A DNA stretch of 64,000 nt from a virus. Shown piece after piece: positions 1 through 11,162 of this stretch (positions within the stretch are counted from its first letter, which is position 1; each line of letters begins with the position of its first letter). The position numbers were made by a program, and so were the translations under genes. The notes beneath the pieces were generated by a model. The model was not told the DNA's origin, did no database searches, and worked only from the letters and a program-made list of their open reading frames with translations. The stretch is taken from positions 1-64,000 of the IMG/VR virus record IMGVR_UViG_3300037475_000240. One strand, written 5' to 3'.

Positions 1-37
1 ATATAAATCACTTTTAAAGAAATTATTACTACTCATT

Positions 38-3000
38 TTACCACTTATATTTTAAGATGAGGCAGTCAATAGATACTGTACTTGCAGACACAGCAACTCC
101 TCCAAAATCGAGATAAACTAAATTAAAAATTTCATTAGGATCTATTACCCAATTGTTAGCAGATAAATCAACATTTAATGGAACAATAGTATTAGCTATA
201 TAGCCTCCACTAAAAGATGTAGAATCTAAATAAGTATCAAGTGAGCCTAAAGGCAGCTTTTGTCTAACAAAAACTACTCCCATAGTATTAGATCCACTGG
301 AAGTATCAGAAACTACTCTAACAGAACCACTTAATATTTTTACTCCCTTTGGAAGTTTATCCTTTAAAGACATTACTCCTCTGGCACTAAAATTACTCAA
401 ACCACTATTAGTAAAGGCTATAGAACAATTAAATTGAGATAATGATGAATCATTAGGATCTCTACCTAATACTCTATTAATTCCCCAGCCTAAAACAGTA
501 CTATATAAATCAGTTGCATTACAAGATCCCATATCATAACCATTAATAAGAACATGCCAATCTGTTCCATGAATAGCAGTAGTAATAATTTGGTTTTTAT
601 TTCTATCAACAACCATATGATTACTTGCAGTAGAAATATATTCAGCAATAACAACATTTTCGTCTGTATTTGCAACATCAATATATGAACTATCAAAATA
701 ATTATCTGTAATAGTAGCTGTGTGTGAAAAACATCTTACATAAGAATAAAGTCCTACATCATTTCTATACATAGAATTATGATGAATTTTACTAAAAGGA
801 TCATCTGAACTAATTTGTTTTTGCAATAAAATTGCAAAACTATAATCTATTCCTAAATCTTGAACATTAACTAATCCTTTAATAATATTTCCAGTAATTA
901 AAGAAGATTGAGTTACTTTAATTCCACCAGCATAACCATAAAAAATACCATCAATTTTATTTCCTTGAATAATATTATTAGTAATTTCTACACATTCTGC
1001 CGATTCATCAAAACTATAATAATATCTTGAATTAACTGCAATAGCAACATTATTATCAGTAAATAATGTTGACCAAGGAATAGTTCCAAATTTATTAAAA
1101 ACTTTATTTGTATAGTCCTGTCCAAATAATCTATTTTTATCAATAATTAAATGCCCAATATATCCATCAATATCTGCAGAACCTCCTCTTGCATCACAAG
1201 TAATAAAATTTAAATCATTGTCTGAAATAATAACATTTCCAGAAGGTAATCCTGGACCAGTAGCTCCGCTATGTCCAAGACTATCAGCCTGAATAAATGG
1301 ATTCTTGCCAGTTTCATCTAAGGGACCAACAACTGCAATTAATTCATTTCTTTCAATGGAAAATAATTGCTGTCCTACAATATCTGTATTAAATTTATTA
1401 TTGCCCGAAATAGTATATCCAATATATCCTATTTTATTATCGAATATTTTTACATTAACAGAACTTAATCCTGGAATAGAATAACTATTTCCAGTATCAG
1501 AATATGAGTTAACAAAATAAAATACCTGATTTTGATAACAATAATTTCTAGAAATATTAATATTAGAAATTAATGATGGTTCAGCAACAGTAAAAGAAGT
1601 TTCGGTTCCAACAAAAGCAATAGCAGCATCATTATCTGCACCAGAATCATTAAATTTATTATTAATAATATCTATTGAATCAATATATTCGTTAGATCCT
1701 ATTCTAAATGAAATATATGGTGGATGAAATGCTATTGAAGAAGTAAATGTGCAATTTTTAATGCCAATATTAGTAATATTTCCTGATTCATAAGTGCGAC
1801 CAAGAATACAGCCTCTATCCCCATTAATATTTCCAGTTATTGGGAAACCAGATGGGGTATAGTTAAAGGTAATGTTATCAAAAATTATATTACTTTTAAC
1901 AAAAAATCCAATATTTGTATTAACATTAAATATAGCGTTATCCCCTAATAAAGTTAATGGTTTTTCTAATATTGTTAAATCAATCATATTTTCAAAATTA
2001 AATTCACCACGTACTTTAACAATATTATTTAAAGAACCAAATTTATTAGCCCAAGTAATAACTGCATCAATAGTTTTAAAATGACCTGCAACATCTACGT
2101 CTGCTGGAACCCAAGTTAATGGAATAAATTCTGTTTCATTATAAATATATTTTTTAGCATCAATTGCTGTAACTGTAATTGTGATTGTTGGAGTTGTTAC
2201 TACAGAAGTAGCAATATAAAGTATTACCAAGTCTTTTCTTTTAACAATAATGTCTGAAAATGTTTCACCTGGCAAAACATAAATAGAGCCGCTATTAACA
2301 TCATAAGCATTAAACAATCTAATAGAATTAGATGGGGTTGGAAGAGTAGAGTCATAATCTAACAATGGAATTGTTACAAGTTCACCTTTATCATTAACGC
2401 AAATTGCCCAATTAATATCATATAAAATACCACTAATCTCTTTTATAATTGGTACACTAATTGTTTGTGGATTAATAGCTAAAATCTTACCATTAACTAA
2501 TACTTCTCCACCATTAAATTCAGTTTCGCCATCTGTAATAGTAACTATATCTAATCCTCTAATAACTCCATTAGCATGAAGAAGTCTTTCTGGAGCGGCA
2601 ATAAAATCTAATGCCGAAGTACTTAAATCTTTTTCTGATGTATTGCCAAATTGTCTTTGATCTTTAATTAAAGATACTGTATTAGTAACATCATTTAATT
2701 GGCAGGTTGCAAGTAACATGATTTCTTCATCCATAGATAAAGAAGGGAACAATTGAATATCTAATAATTGATCTGTAAAATTAAATACAGTTGTATTTAT
2801 ATTAAAAATAAGATCAATATAGTCTACATTTGTTTCATCATAAAATCTGGTTACTTCTCCACGTTTACCAGTTACATCAGGACCAATTTTACTAAATGTA
2901 ATTCCGTCATAATAAGAAAGATATCCTGTATAAATTCCTGTAGTAGAGTTATAATTAGCAATTTTTAATGTAATTTTAGTTACAGATCCAAATTGATATC

Positions 3001-5386
3001 CTCTTAATTTTGGAGATACTTTAATAATATCTAATTTACTTAATTCTGATGATCCATAAAATGGAACAACACCATTAATAACTAAATTAGATGAGCTAGC
3101 ATTACTTCTGGCTCGTTCATGTGTGAAAGTAGCACCATCTAAATCAACATATACTTCAAAATGTCTTTTAAATGGAGTTACATTTGTAGCGTCAGTTGCA
3201 CTCTCAGCATTAAAAGAAACTGAATCTGAATTAAAATATAATGCTACTTCACTACCAATACTTAATGTAGTGGTTGGAGAAAATCCTGTAGCATGAACGG
3301 CATCAAATACTGTGATGTCTGTATAAACATTAGGATAACATCCAAAATTAATGTCTTGAATAATAAATCTGCCAAAATCTAAAGTGCTTATTTCACCAAG
3401 ATCTTGTACAACTAAAGTTTTTCCAACTTTAAGATTACTGGCAGATAAATCTAACATAATTCTATATGTTGTTTGCACTCTACCTATTGGAATTGGTCCT
3501 GGATAAATATTTTGGCTTAATACTGATGCTACCCAATAACCATCACCATAACCATCAAGAGTTTGTCCAGTCTCTAAATTTAATTTATCTCTTTCAGCAC
3601 CATTTACATAAAAATTGTTTCTTCTAAGAGGAACAAATAATTTAGTTGCATTAACGGCAGCTTCTGCTGAATTATATGTTGGCTGATATAATGGACTTGA
3701 AATATTGGAACCAGTAATACCAATTCCTAAAGGATCAAATGTAGTAAATACATCCACTACATTATTTGGAAAATTAATTTCAGTTTCTGTTAAATCATAA
3801 TTGCCATCGTCATCCACAATTGCATTTGCAATAGAAAATCCTGCATTATTATATGAATCTGCCAACATAATACCAAAATTACCTTGATATTCATAAGCAA
3901 TAAATCTATAATTATATCCGGCTTTTCTAAAAACATTATTAGTTGATTCAACAATAGAACTTAATGTATATTGTCCTGGAGTAATACCAGCATTGCCAGT
4001 AATATCAATTCCTGGTAATACTACGTAACCATCAGACGCATGTCCTGTTGGATATAATACTAAATATAATAAATAGTGAGTTGAATTTAATTGATCTGGC
4101 TTAAATCCATTACCAAGCGCCATAGCACCACTTGGAGACCCAATAATCAAGCTTGGTGTTTGAGAAAATTCATTGTTTGCGGGCGCAATTGCTAATACAC
4201 CAAATTTATTATTATTAAATAATGGTCTATCAATTCTAACAATAGCATTTGGTGAATAAGATAAATTCTTTCCAGCAATTCTTACTATAAATTTTTTATT
4301 TCCACCATTTTGAATATATTTTTTTTCTTTAATTACGAAACCAACTTCAATTGTTCCATAATTAATTCTAATAATATCGCCAATTCTAACTAAAGCAAAT
4401 TTTTCATCAAAAGAATTATTAGCAATATCTCCTGCACTTGGTTTTAATTCAATAATATCGTCTCCTGTATTGATATCATCAAAAGGAGCACTATTGGATC
4501 CAGTATTTAATAAATAAGCAATAGCTGGTGTGACTGGTATAATTGGCGCACCATAACCATCAGTGCTTAAACTAGAAGATCTAGAAACCCTTGATATACC
4601 ATTGGTATACAAATTTTGAATTCTAGTTCCATATAAGAAAATACTAGAACTATCAATAAATTGTGCAAAAGTTTGTAAATCTTGAGCTGTTTGAGGAATA
4701 GTTGAAAATCTATCAGTATTTAAAAAAATACCACTAGCAGTATGTCCATAATTAGATGGATAAACTGAACCATTATGAGTAGTTACATTTTGAATAAATC
4801 CATAAGGTGATCCATCAGTAAGCTGATGATCAATTAAATCGGAATTAATATCATTAATTAAAGTATAAGAATTAGTATTGTCTCTTAAAGTTTCAAATTT
4901 ATTTTTTAAATATTGATTTGTATTGGTACTAACATCAATATGACTTAAAGTATGACGATAAATAACACCAACAAGATGTGGTTCTAATTTAACTCCTGTA
5001 CTAGAAATCCATCCATTAGATGCATTCACATCTAAACTAAGATTTGTAATAAAATTAAATAAATCTTGTGTAGAATGATCTAGCACTAATTTTGATTCTG
5101 GAATTTGAGCACTATTTGAAATTTGAGTATTGGTAATCGGAAGAGTAACTAAACCTAATCCAGTAATAGCTGACGGATTAATTGTTCCATCTGGTAAAAT
5201 AGATACACCTAATCTAGCTGCTACTGTACTGTAACTGTAACCATCAGCTCCCAAACCAAGATATTGTTCAATATTAAATACAGCTTCGCGCAAAGCATTA
5301 ATTGCTTCAGCGCCAATTTCTGTTATATTATCATTAACAATTGGTAGGGTAGTGTCATCATCATAATCTGTAGGAAAGTTACTCAT
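38..5386 (-). CDS. Large virion structural protein (1782 aa), C-terminal parallel beta-helix-like region; possible tailspike/baseplate protein
   Basis: Long ORF; C-terminal third has repeated I/V-x-I-x-x-N motifs (IDIINNKF, INISRNYC, VIISDNDL, VEITNNII) typical of beta-helices; lies next to fibre and neck genes. Confidence 0.6.
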   Translation of the reverse strand: MSNFPTDYDDDTTLPIVNDNITEIGAEAINALREAVFNIEQYLGLGADGYSYSTVAARLGVSILPDGTINPSAITGLGLVTLPITNTQISNSAQIPESKLVLDHSTQDLFNFITNLSLDVNASNGWISSTGVKLEPHLVGVIYRHTLSHIDVSTNTNQYLKNKFETLRDNTNSYTLINDINSDLIDHQLTDGSPYGFIQNVTTHNGSVYPSNYGHTASGIFLNTDRFSTIPQTAQDLQTFAQFIDSSSIFLYGTRIQNLYTNGISRVSRSSSLSTDGYGAPIIPVTPAIAYLLNTGSNSAPFDDINTGDDIIELKPSAGDIANNSFDEKFALVRIGDIIRINYGTIEVGFVIKEKKYIQNGGNKKFIVRIAGKNLSYSPNAIVRIDRPLFNNNKFGVLAIAPANNEFSQTPSLIIGSPSGAMALGNGFKPDQLNSTHYLLYLVLYPTGHASDGYVVLPGIDITGNAGITPGQYTLSSIVESTNNVFRKAGYNYRFIAYEYQGNFGIMLADSYNNAGFSIANAIVDDDGNYDLTETEINFPNNVVDVFTTFDPLGIGITGSNISSPLYQPTYNSAEAAVNATKLFVPLRRNNFYVNGAERDKLNLETGQTLDGYGDGYWVASVLSQNIYPGPIPIGRVQTTYRIMLDLSASNLKVGKTLVVQDLGEISTLDFGRFIIQDINFGCYPNVYTDITVFDAVHATGFSPTTTLSIGSEVALYFNSDSVSFNAESATDATNVTPFKRHFEVYVDLDGATFTHERARSNASSSNLVINGVVPFYGSSELSKLDIIKVSPKLRGYQFGSVTKITLKIANYNSTTGIYTGYLSYYDGITFSKIGPDVTGKRGEVTRFYDETNVDYIDLIFNINTTVFNFTDQLLDIQLFPSLSMDEEIMLLATCQLNDVTNTVSLIKDQRQFGNTSEKDLSTSALDFIAAPERLLHANGVIRGLDIVTITDGETEFNGGEVLVNGKILAINPQTISVPIIKEISGILYDINWAICVNDKGELVTIPLLDYDSTLPTPSNSIRLFNAYDVNSGSIYVLPGETFSDIIVKRKDLVILYIATSVVTTPTITITVTAIDAKKYIYNETEFIPLTWVPADVDVAGHFKTIDAVITWANKFGSLNNIVKVRGEFNFENMIDLTILEKPLTLLGDNAIFNVNTNIGFFVKSNIIFDNITFNYTPSGFPITGNINGDRGCILGRTYESGNITNIGIKNCTFTSSIAFHPPYISFRIGSNEYIDSIDIINNKFNDSGADNDAAIAFVGTETSFTVAEPSLISNINISRNYCYQNQVFYFVNSYSDTGNSYSIPGLSSVNVKIFDNKIGYIGYTISGNNKFNTDIVGQQLFSIERNELIAVVGPLDETGKNPFIQADSLGHSGATGPGLPSGNVIISDNDLNFITCDARGGSADIDGYIGHLIIDKNRLFGQDYTNKVFNKFGTIPWSTLFTDNNVAIAVNSRYYYSFDESAECVEITNNIIQGNKIDGIFYGYAGGIKVTQSSLITGNIIKGLVNVQDLGIDYSFAILLQKQISSDDPFSKIHHNSMYRNDVGLYSYVRCFSHTATITDNYFDSSYIDVANTDENVVIAEYISTASNHMVVDRNKNQIITTAIHGTDWHVLINGYDMGSCNATDLYSTVLGWGINRVLGRDPNDSSLSQFNCSIAFTNSGLSNFSARGVMSLKDKLPKGVKILSGSVRVVSDTSSGSNTMGVVFVRQKLPLGSLDTYLDSTSFSGGYIANTIVPLNVDLSANNWVIDPNEIFNLVYLDFGGVAVSASTVSIDCLILKYKW

Positions 5387-5392
5387 ATTTTA

Positions 5393-5779
5393 TTAATCCT
5401 TATTAATGGATTCTCTGATTGTTTGAGCTTCTGCTTCGGTCGGAGCAGTAACCTTAGAAGCAAGAAAAGATCTAACGATTCTATAAACAAATCCTGATAA
5501 AAATCCTGCCACTAAACCAAAAACAATTCTAGCTGAAGTTATACTTAAACCATCTGGATATGGAAATCCGCTTGCAAGCCAAGCACCCAATGGTCCAAAA
5601 AAAATTGGAAATATTGGTAAAAATAAATCTCTCCAAAATTTGGAGGTCTTTGAAGCTGGAACATTTGGATTATCTAAAATAAATTCAACTATTTTTCTAG
5701 CTACAAAAGTTACAGCAGCAACGGCTAAGCAAAAAAATACAAATTGCCAACTTAAAAACGCCTGTAGTACGGTATCCAT
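5393..5779 (-). CDS. Small membrane protein, holin-like (about 3 TM segments)
   Basis: Three hydrophobic stretches and a charged C-terminus; AAGGAG SD upstream. Confidence 0.5.
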   Translation of the reverse strand: MDTVLQAFLSWQFVFFCLAVAAVTFVARKIVEFILDNPNVPASKTSKFWRDLFLPIFPIFFGPLGAWLASGFPYPDGLSITSARIVFGLVAGFLSGFVYRIVRSFLASKVTAPTEAEAQTIRESINKD

Positions 5780-5819
5780 TCAAAACTCCTTAGAAGTATG
5801 TGTTTTAATTAATATACTA

Positions 5820-7001
5820 TCATATTGACACTATATATTTAAGTGCCCAACCTGATGCTGATCTATAAAAAGTACCTGCTTTATTGTTTGCAACAAGTGA
5901 AATTAAAGCTGGAGAAGGAGAAAATATATAAATTATAAATCCGCTTCTATTAATAACTTCAAATTCATATCCTAAAATGGTTGCGTCATATGACGTTTCA
6001 TCAATAATATATGATCTATCTGCTGTAAATGAACCAGAAGTAATATATACATCATATAATGCAGGATAAACCGTAGTATCTGCATTTCCAGCAGTAGTAT
6101 ATTTTTTATTTATTTTACCTCTGCCAGATAAAAGAAATGGTGCCTGAATAGAAGTGCTAGCTCCATTAAAAATTACAAAAGAAGATCCTGATCCAACCCC
6201 AAATGTTCCTGTATTTTGCTTAACAAAACCAGATAAAAGAGTATTTGTTGCAGTTACAGTCATAGTACTTGATTGCAATAACAATGTATTTGGAGCAATA
6301 ACACGAACACTATCTCCAGAAGTTAAAGTAGCAGACACTGAACCACTATAACTACAAGCTGTTGCGCCCGTTGCCATAAATATTGCAGATCCTACATTTA
6401 AAATACCAGATACCGTTTCATTTCCAGTTATTGTAGCATTTCCAGTAATACCTACTGTTCCAGTAATTGTAGTTGAATCAGCCCCAGAATTTCCTAACAC
6501 AGTATTTCCATTAACAGTTAAATTATTAGATAATGTAGCTTGAGCATTAACAACTAATGTATTACTACTATTTGTTCCTAATGTAGTATTTCCAGTTACA
6601 GTTAAATTAGTAAAAGTTCCAGAAATAGATTGTGGCTTCCAAACAGATCCATCCCAAGTTAATACATCACCAATTGATGGAGTTAATGTACTTATTGGTT
6701 TGCCTTGTATTTTGGTAACAGTAACGCTAGTAGCTGTTCCGGCAATATCACCAGCTAATTTAACAATACCTTTAACTGTTGTACTTGCATCGGCTGGAGG
6801 AGTCCCAATTACTAAAGATATAGCTTCAATAGCATCTTGCACAGTAGATTGCTCAGAACCAATAACTACTGTTGGAAATAAATCAATTTGATTTGCTTTA
6901 TGACGATCATCTTCGCCAACTATATGTTTTTCATATGTAAATCTATCAGTAGCAAGTCTTCCAATGCCGCTAATATAATTTGGAACTACTGGATCAGCCA
7001 T
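5820..7001 (-). CDS. Tail fibre-like protein
   Basis: DASTTVKGIVKL fibre repeat, GDVLTWDGSVWKP motif, LTVxGNTxLG beta repeats. Confidence 0.65.
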   Translation of the reverse strand: MADPVVPNYISGIGRLATDRFTYEKHIVGEDDRHKANQIDLFPTVVIGSEQSTVQDAIEAISLVIGTPPADASTTVKGIVKLAGDIAGTATSVTVTKIQGKPISTLTPSIGDVLTWDGSVWKPQSISGTFTNLTVTGNTTLGTNSSNTLVVNAQATLSNNLTVNGNTVLGNSGADSTTITGTVGITGNATITGNETVSGILNVGSAIFMATGATACSYSGSVSATLTSGDSVRVIAPNTLLLQSSTMTVTATNTLLSGFVKQNTGTFGVGSGSSFVIFNGASTSIQAPFLLSGRGKINKKYTTAGNADTTVYPALYDVYITSGSFTADRSYIIDETSYDATILGYEFEVINRSGFIIYIFSPSPALISLVANNKAGTFYRSASGWALKYIVSI

Positions 7002-7071
7002 TTTTTACTCTCATTTTGCTAGTTTCAACACTATGTGCTTTTATTAGCTTTATCTACTTTTATGCACGAAT

Positions 7072-8709
7072 TTAAGGTAAAATAATATTGTGGCGGTGGC
7101 CAAGTACTTCCATAATAGTGCCATCTATGACAGGATGGTTATGTCCCTGTACTACAGAAGTAGTTTGATTTATCTGATTTGTTGTTAAAATTCCTTCATT
7201 TACAACAATTTCATGACTGTGAGGCGGTATTCCTATAGTAAATCCAATAGTAGTATTAAGTTTAGATGGAAACATAGCAGTATTTCTAAATACTCTAATT
7301 TGATAAGCCGGGTCGGTCTTTCTGATTCTCATTCCTTTAAATTTTTGACCACCCTCCATGCCAACAATAGTATTATTTCTGGTTACAGTTCCAACTTCAT
7401 ATCTAAATTCTTCATTATCATCAACATCAAATAAAATAATAACATCTCTTTGATGAATTGTTGGAACAGTTAATGTCCACAAATCTAAATTTAATTCAGA
7501 TTCTAATCCTGCTTCTTGCATCTTAACTCCATCATCAGCAGGACTAGTTCTAACTAAAATTCTTCCATCAGATCTTCTAGGATTAAAAAATTGTTCATAA
7601 CCAAATACAAATTTAGTTCCATAACACAATGGGCATCTATCATCTTGATATTCACTAGATGCTAAATAACAAGAACATTGAATACCAGTATGAACTCTTT
7701 TAATTAGTACTGCAGGACGACCAGTAACATTAAGTAAGATTTCTTGTCTTTGATTATTTTGATCTTGTAATGATAATCCTCTTATAAAATTAATATTACC
7801 ATAACCATCAATACATCCCATTTCACCACCAATGTAACTTCCTACACAAGTTCCATTTAATAACTGAACGGGATCAGTTCTATGATATCCAGCATAATCA
7901 TACACTGGAAAATTAATATTTTCTGCATCACTTGAAGATAGATCTGTATTTAAAATATCTTTTAAAACTTGGCGATATCCATCTACCAATGTAAATGGAA
8001 AATTTGGATATTCAAATCTTGATTGACACATAAAAATTCTATCAAAAGAAGTATTTTCACCAGCTATAAATAAACTTATTGAAGGGTTCCATGAATTATA
8101 TCCATCATAACCATTAATTGTATGTAAATAATTTGGTGTATTATTATAGCCTCTTTGATCTAAAGAAGTTAAAATTAAATTATTATTAACTTTATCTACA
8201 CTTGAATATTGAATTAATTCAATTCCTATCTTTATTATTCCTACATCAGGAAATTCATCTGTATTTAATAGTGGTATAATTAAATCACTTTCACTAATAT
8301 TTGATCTTAAAATACTTGTTGGATATGCCCTTAAAGAATCATATACTAATGGTAATTGTGTCTCTAAATCATCAATTATTAAAACTACATTAAAATTATT
8401 AATTAAAATTATATTGAAATCATTTTCTAGATAAGATGGAGTATATTCAACTGGTCTTATTGAAAAAAAATATAACTGTCCAGGTGTTAGTCCAATAATA
8501 TTTGCCTCTAAAGAACCATCGATAGAAACATATTTAACGCCATCAGAATACACATCTTCTTTTACATTAGAATAATATATGTGATAAGCTATACCATTAG
8601 TTTTAATTGAAGGATAAGCTTTATACCATTTAAGATTTATAACCGAACCGTCTCCTAAACTGGAAACAGCATCTAAGCCGGCACGGACAGGATTAAGATA
8701 AAAAGCCAT
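7072..8709 (-). CDS. Virion structural protein; N-terminal FN3/Ig-like domain, Cys cluster (CSC...CPLC), possible head-closure/neck protein
   Basis: LKW...YHIYY...LTPGQLYFFSIR resembles FN3; CxC/CxxC; His-rich C-terminus; structural context. Confidence 0.45.
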   Translation of the reverse strand: MAFYLNPVRAGLDAVSSLGDGSVINLKWYKAYPSIKTNGIAYHIYYSNVKEDVYSDGVKYVSIDGSLEANIIGLTPGQLYFFSIRPVEYTPSYLENDFNIILINNFNVVLIIDDLETQLPLVYDSLRAYPTSILRSNISESDLIIPLLNTDEFPDVGIIKIGIELIQYSSVDKVNNNLILTSLDQRGYNNTPNYLHTINGYDGYNSWNPSISLFIAGENTSFDRIFMCQSRFEYPNFPFTLVDGYRQVLKDILNTDLSSSDAENINFPVYDYAGYHRTDPVQLLNGTCVGSYIGGEMGCIDGYGNINFIRGLSLQDQNNQRQEILLNVTGRPAVLIKRVHTGIQCSCYLASSEYQDDRCPLCYGTKFVFGYEQFFNPRRSDGRILVRTSPADDGVKMQEAGLESELNLDLWTLTVPTIHQRDVIILFDVDDNEEFRYEVGTVTRNNTIVGMEGGQKFKGMRIRKTDPAYQIRVFRNTAMFPSKLNTTIGFTIGIPPHSHEIVVNEGILTTNQINQTTSVVQGHNHPVIDGTIMEVLGHRHNIILP

Positions 8710-8779
8710 ATTATTATTCTAATTTATTAGTTCTATAAATTAATTAATAAAAATAATCGATATTTGTTAAAATAATTCG

Positions 8780-9310
8780 TCAAATTTTATCTAAAAACAC
8801 TTTTTCTAATTTTTTCTTTTCTTTGCCAGTTTTATCATGATGATCTAATAAATCATCAACATAATTTTCTGCTTCATTTTCACCAAATTGATTTGCAATA
8901 TATTCAACTTGATTTTGAAAGCCTTCTTGTTCAAATTTATTATGTAAATAGTCTCCATCATCAGAACTTGTTGTTGCTTTTTTTCCCGCAGTTTGTTGCA
9001 GCCAATGAGTCATTTCATGAACACCATAAGAAAAATCTTTAAAAAAATCTCCATCAGTCAATAAACTATAATTAAATATAATTACACCATGATCTGTTTT
9101 AGCAGAAACATCAAGTTTACCAAACTTCATTGGAATTAAATCAATTTCTTCAATATCAACTTCATATTCCTTAAACATATTAAGAACAGTTTCATCTGTT
9201 TTTAAATATTCTCTCATCTTCTTAATCATGCGATTAAGTGATTTATAAGGCAATTTCTTGACTTGTGCCATACTTAAAGTTTTGTCTTTTTTTGCTTCTT
9301 TAGAAATCAT
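8780..9310 (-). CDS. Putative zincin metallopeptidase
   Basis: VHEMTHWLQ (HExxH) plus downstream EQEGF; probable start 9310 (MISKEAK), just downstream of a promoter-like motif. Confidence 0.55.
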   Translation of the reverse strand: MISKEAKKDKTLSMAQVKKLPYKSLNRMIKKMREYLKTDETVLNMFKEYEVDIEEIDLIPMKFGKLDVSAKTDHGVIIFNYSLLTDGDFFKDFSYGVHEMTHWLQQTAGKKATTSSDDGDYLHNKFEQEGFQNQVEYIANQFGENEAENYVDDLLDHHDKTGKEKKKLEKVFLDKI

Positions 9311-9467
9311 GCTATTTATATGTAAAATTATTGCTTGAACAAACACCATATGTCTTTAACTGGCGATGTATGTATGCGTAATCATTAAGATTTTTCTACT
9401 ATTAATAGTTTATATAACTGTTGAGCAAGATAGTCAACAATAAATACATAACATAGGAGAATAAAAT

Positions 9468-10346
9468 ATGCCTTTAGATACGTTCATACCAACCGGCACA
9501 AATGCCGTTGTAACAGAAAGACGCGATGATTATCAACATCATGGTTATCGCGGTCCAGTAGTTTATAGAGACGATGGAGATATCCTTCGCACTATCAAGG
9601 ATTCAGAAGCCCAACTTGATAGAGCTGCTGGAGATAGATATGCTGACACAGTCAAAACTGTTAAGGATTCAGAGGCTCAACTCGATCGCTCTGCAGGAGA
9701 TCGTTTTATGCAAACTGTTGAAGATATCAAAGATGCTGAAGCAAGATTAGACAGATCATCTGGTGATAGATTCATTCAAACAGTACAAGATATCAAGGAA
9801 GTAGAAATTGCAGCTGAGAGATCAAAAGGTAAGTTAGTTGAACTAATCAAAGATTCTGAGTTTGAAAACGAAAAAGCCGAAGGTAAAACCCGAGGCATGC
9901 TTGCAGAAAACTTCAGAGAATTATTTAGACAAGACTGGAAAGGTGTTGATAATATTAAAGAAGAGATTCACGAAGCTCGTCGTGAGTTAATGTATCATCA
10001 ATTAGATGGTGTCAAAGATAATCTTCTTGAGTTTAAAAACAGTCAAGGATTAGCTTATAAACTAGCTGCTGAGGCTGATAAAACAGCTTGTGCAAATCAA
10101 ACTCAGACTCTATTGCAATTCAAAGAACAAGCATTATTAAGTGAAAAACTTGCTGCGCAAGCTGCTCGTGAATTAGCTGAATGTTGCTGTGAGTTAAAGA
10201 GTCTGATTCGTGACGATGGACAAAAGACTAGAGATCTTATCAACAGTCAAGAAGTTGATCGTTTACGTGAACGTGCTCGTCGTGCAGAAGATGGACTGGC
10301 TGCCTATTTCGCAAGAAATGTGCCACCAGTTGTACCAACTGTATAA
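9468..10346 (+). CDS. Coiled-coil protein with 22-aa tandem repeats and an ECCCE motif, unknown function
   Basis: AGGAGA SD; repeats IKDSEAQLDRxxGDR; LAECCCELK; followed by a hairpin. Confidence 0.85.
   Translation: MPLDTFIPTGTNAVVTERRDDYQHHGYRGPVVYRDDGDILRTIKDSEAQLDRAAGDRYADTVKTVKDSEAQLDRSAGDRFMQTVEDIKDAEARLDRSSGDRFIQTVQDIKEVEIAAERSKGKLVELIKDSEFENEKAEGKTRGMLAENFRELFRQDWKGVDNIKEEIHEARRELMYHQLDGVKDNLLEFKNSQGLAYKLAAEADKTACANQTQTLLQFKEQALLSEKLAAQAARELAECCCELKSLIRDDGQKTRDLINSQEVDRLRERARRAEDGLAAYFARNVPPVVPTV
9594..9810 (+). repeat. 66-nt (22-aa) in-frame tandem repeat, 3 full copies plus a partial fourth
   Basis: Copies begin at 9594, 9660, 9726, 9792. Confidence 0.85.
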
Positions 10347-10369
10347 TTAACACACTAGTTACATAAATG

Positions 10370-10402
10370 GAACAATAGGATGTGTTTGACATCCTATTGT
10401 TC
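10370..10402 (+). terminator. 14-bp perfect hairpin downstream of 9468..10346
   Basis: GAACAATAGGATGT-gtttg-ACATCCTATTGTTC; weak U-tract. Confidence 0.6.
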
Positions 10403-10569
10403 TGTTCTAAACATCATATAAACAATAAAGTATTTGTCATCATCATGATATCAACAATGGCACGATGCTACAGGACAAAATACAACAAAAAAAATGAATA
10501 AAAGTTCCATTAAATTAGTTATAAGTGTCATTGTTAAGGAAAATAACATATGTGAGGATAAAGTTTGCT

Positions 10570-11076
10570 ATGAAAAAGAGATTGGATTTAACAAACGTAA
10601 GGTTCGGATTTTGGATAGTATTAGGTCCTGCTGGAAAAAATGGACAAGGTAAAACACAGTGGTTATGTCAATGCGATTGTGGAACAAAAAGAGCAATCAC
10701 GACTAACTCACTTAGAACTGGTAATAGCACATCTTGTGGATGTAATCATTGTCCAGATTTGATTAATCAAAAATTTGGCAATGTCACAGTATTGTCATTA
10801 AGTGAATCAAAGAAAAATAATCGTCGAAACTGGTTATGTAAATGTGAATGTGGAAAATCGATAACATTAACTACATATCAACTTCGAAATTCTAATATAA
10901 AAAAATGTGATTGTTTAATTCAAACAAATACTAACGCTAGCATTAATGATGTAATGTCTACACAAGGCATATATAATAATATGTCTATTCTTAAATTCAA
11001 AGTAGAAACAATTAAAAATAATTGCGAAATACTGATTAATGAAACGCAGCAAATTATGGAACTTTTATACGCATAA
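10570..11076 (+). CDS. Protein with two WxCxCxCG Zn-binding modules of the type found N-terminal in phage HNH/AP2 homing endonucleases; no nuclease domain seen
   Basis: WLCQCDCG...STSCGC and WLCKCECG...KKCDC; probable ATG at 10570. Confidence 0.6.
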   Translation: MKKRLDLTNVRFGFWIVLGPAGKNGQGKTQWLCQCDCGTKRAITTNSLRTGNSTSCGCNHCPDLINQKFGNVTVLSLSESKKNNRRNWLCKCECGKSITLTTYQLRNSNIKKCDCLIQTNTNASINDVMSTQGIYNNMSILKFKVETIKNNCEILINETQQIMELLYA

Positions 11077-11162
11077 TTTTTAAAATTTTATTATTCATAA
11101 TAAATTAGCAGCATATCTTGACATATTACTGAAAAGAATTAATTTACAAACGAGGATAAATT

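Noticed and set aside
10433-10480. TGGCACG resembling a sigma54 -24 box, flanked by TTTGTC/GACAAA that could close an RNA structure
   Set aside because: No TTGC at the -12 position, and no riboswitch or tRNA consensus recognisable.
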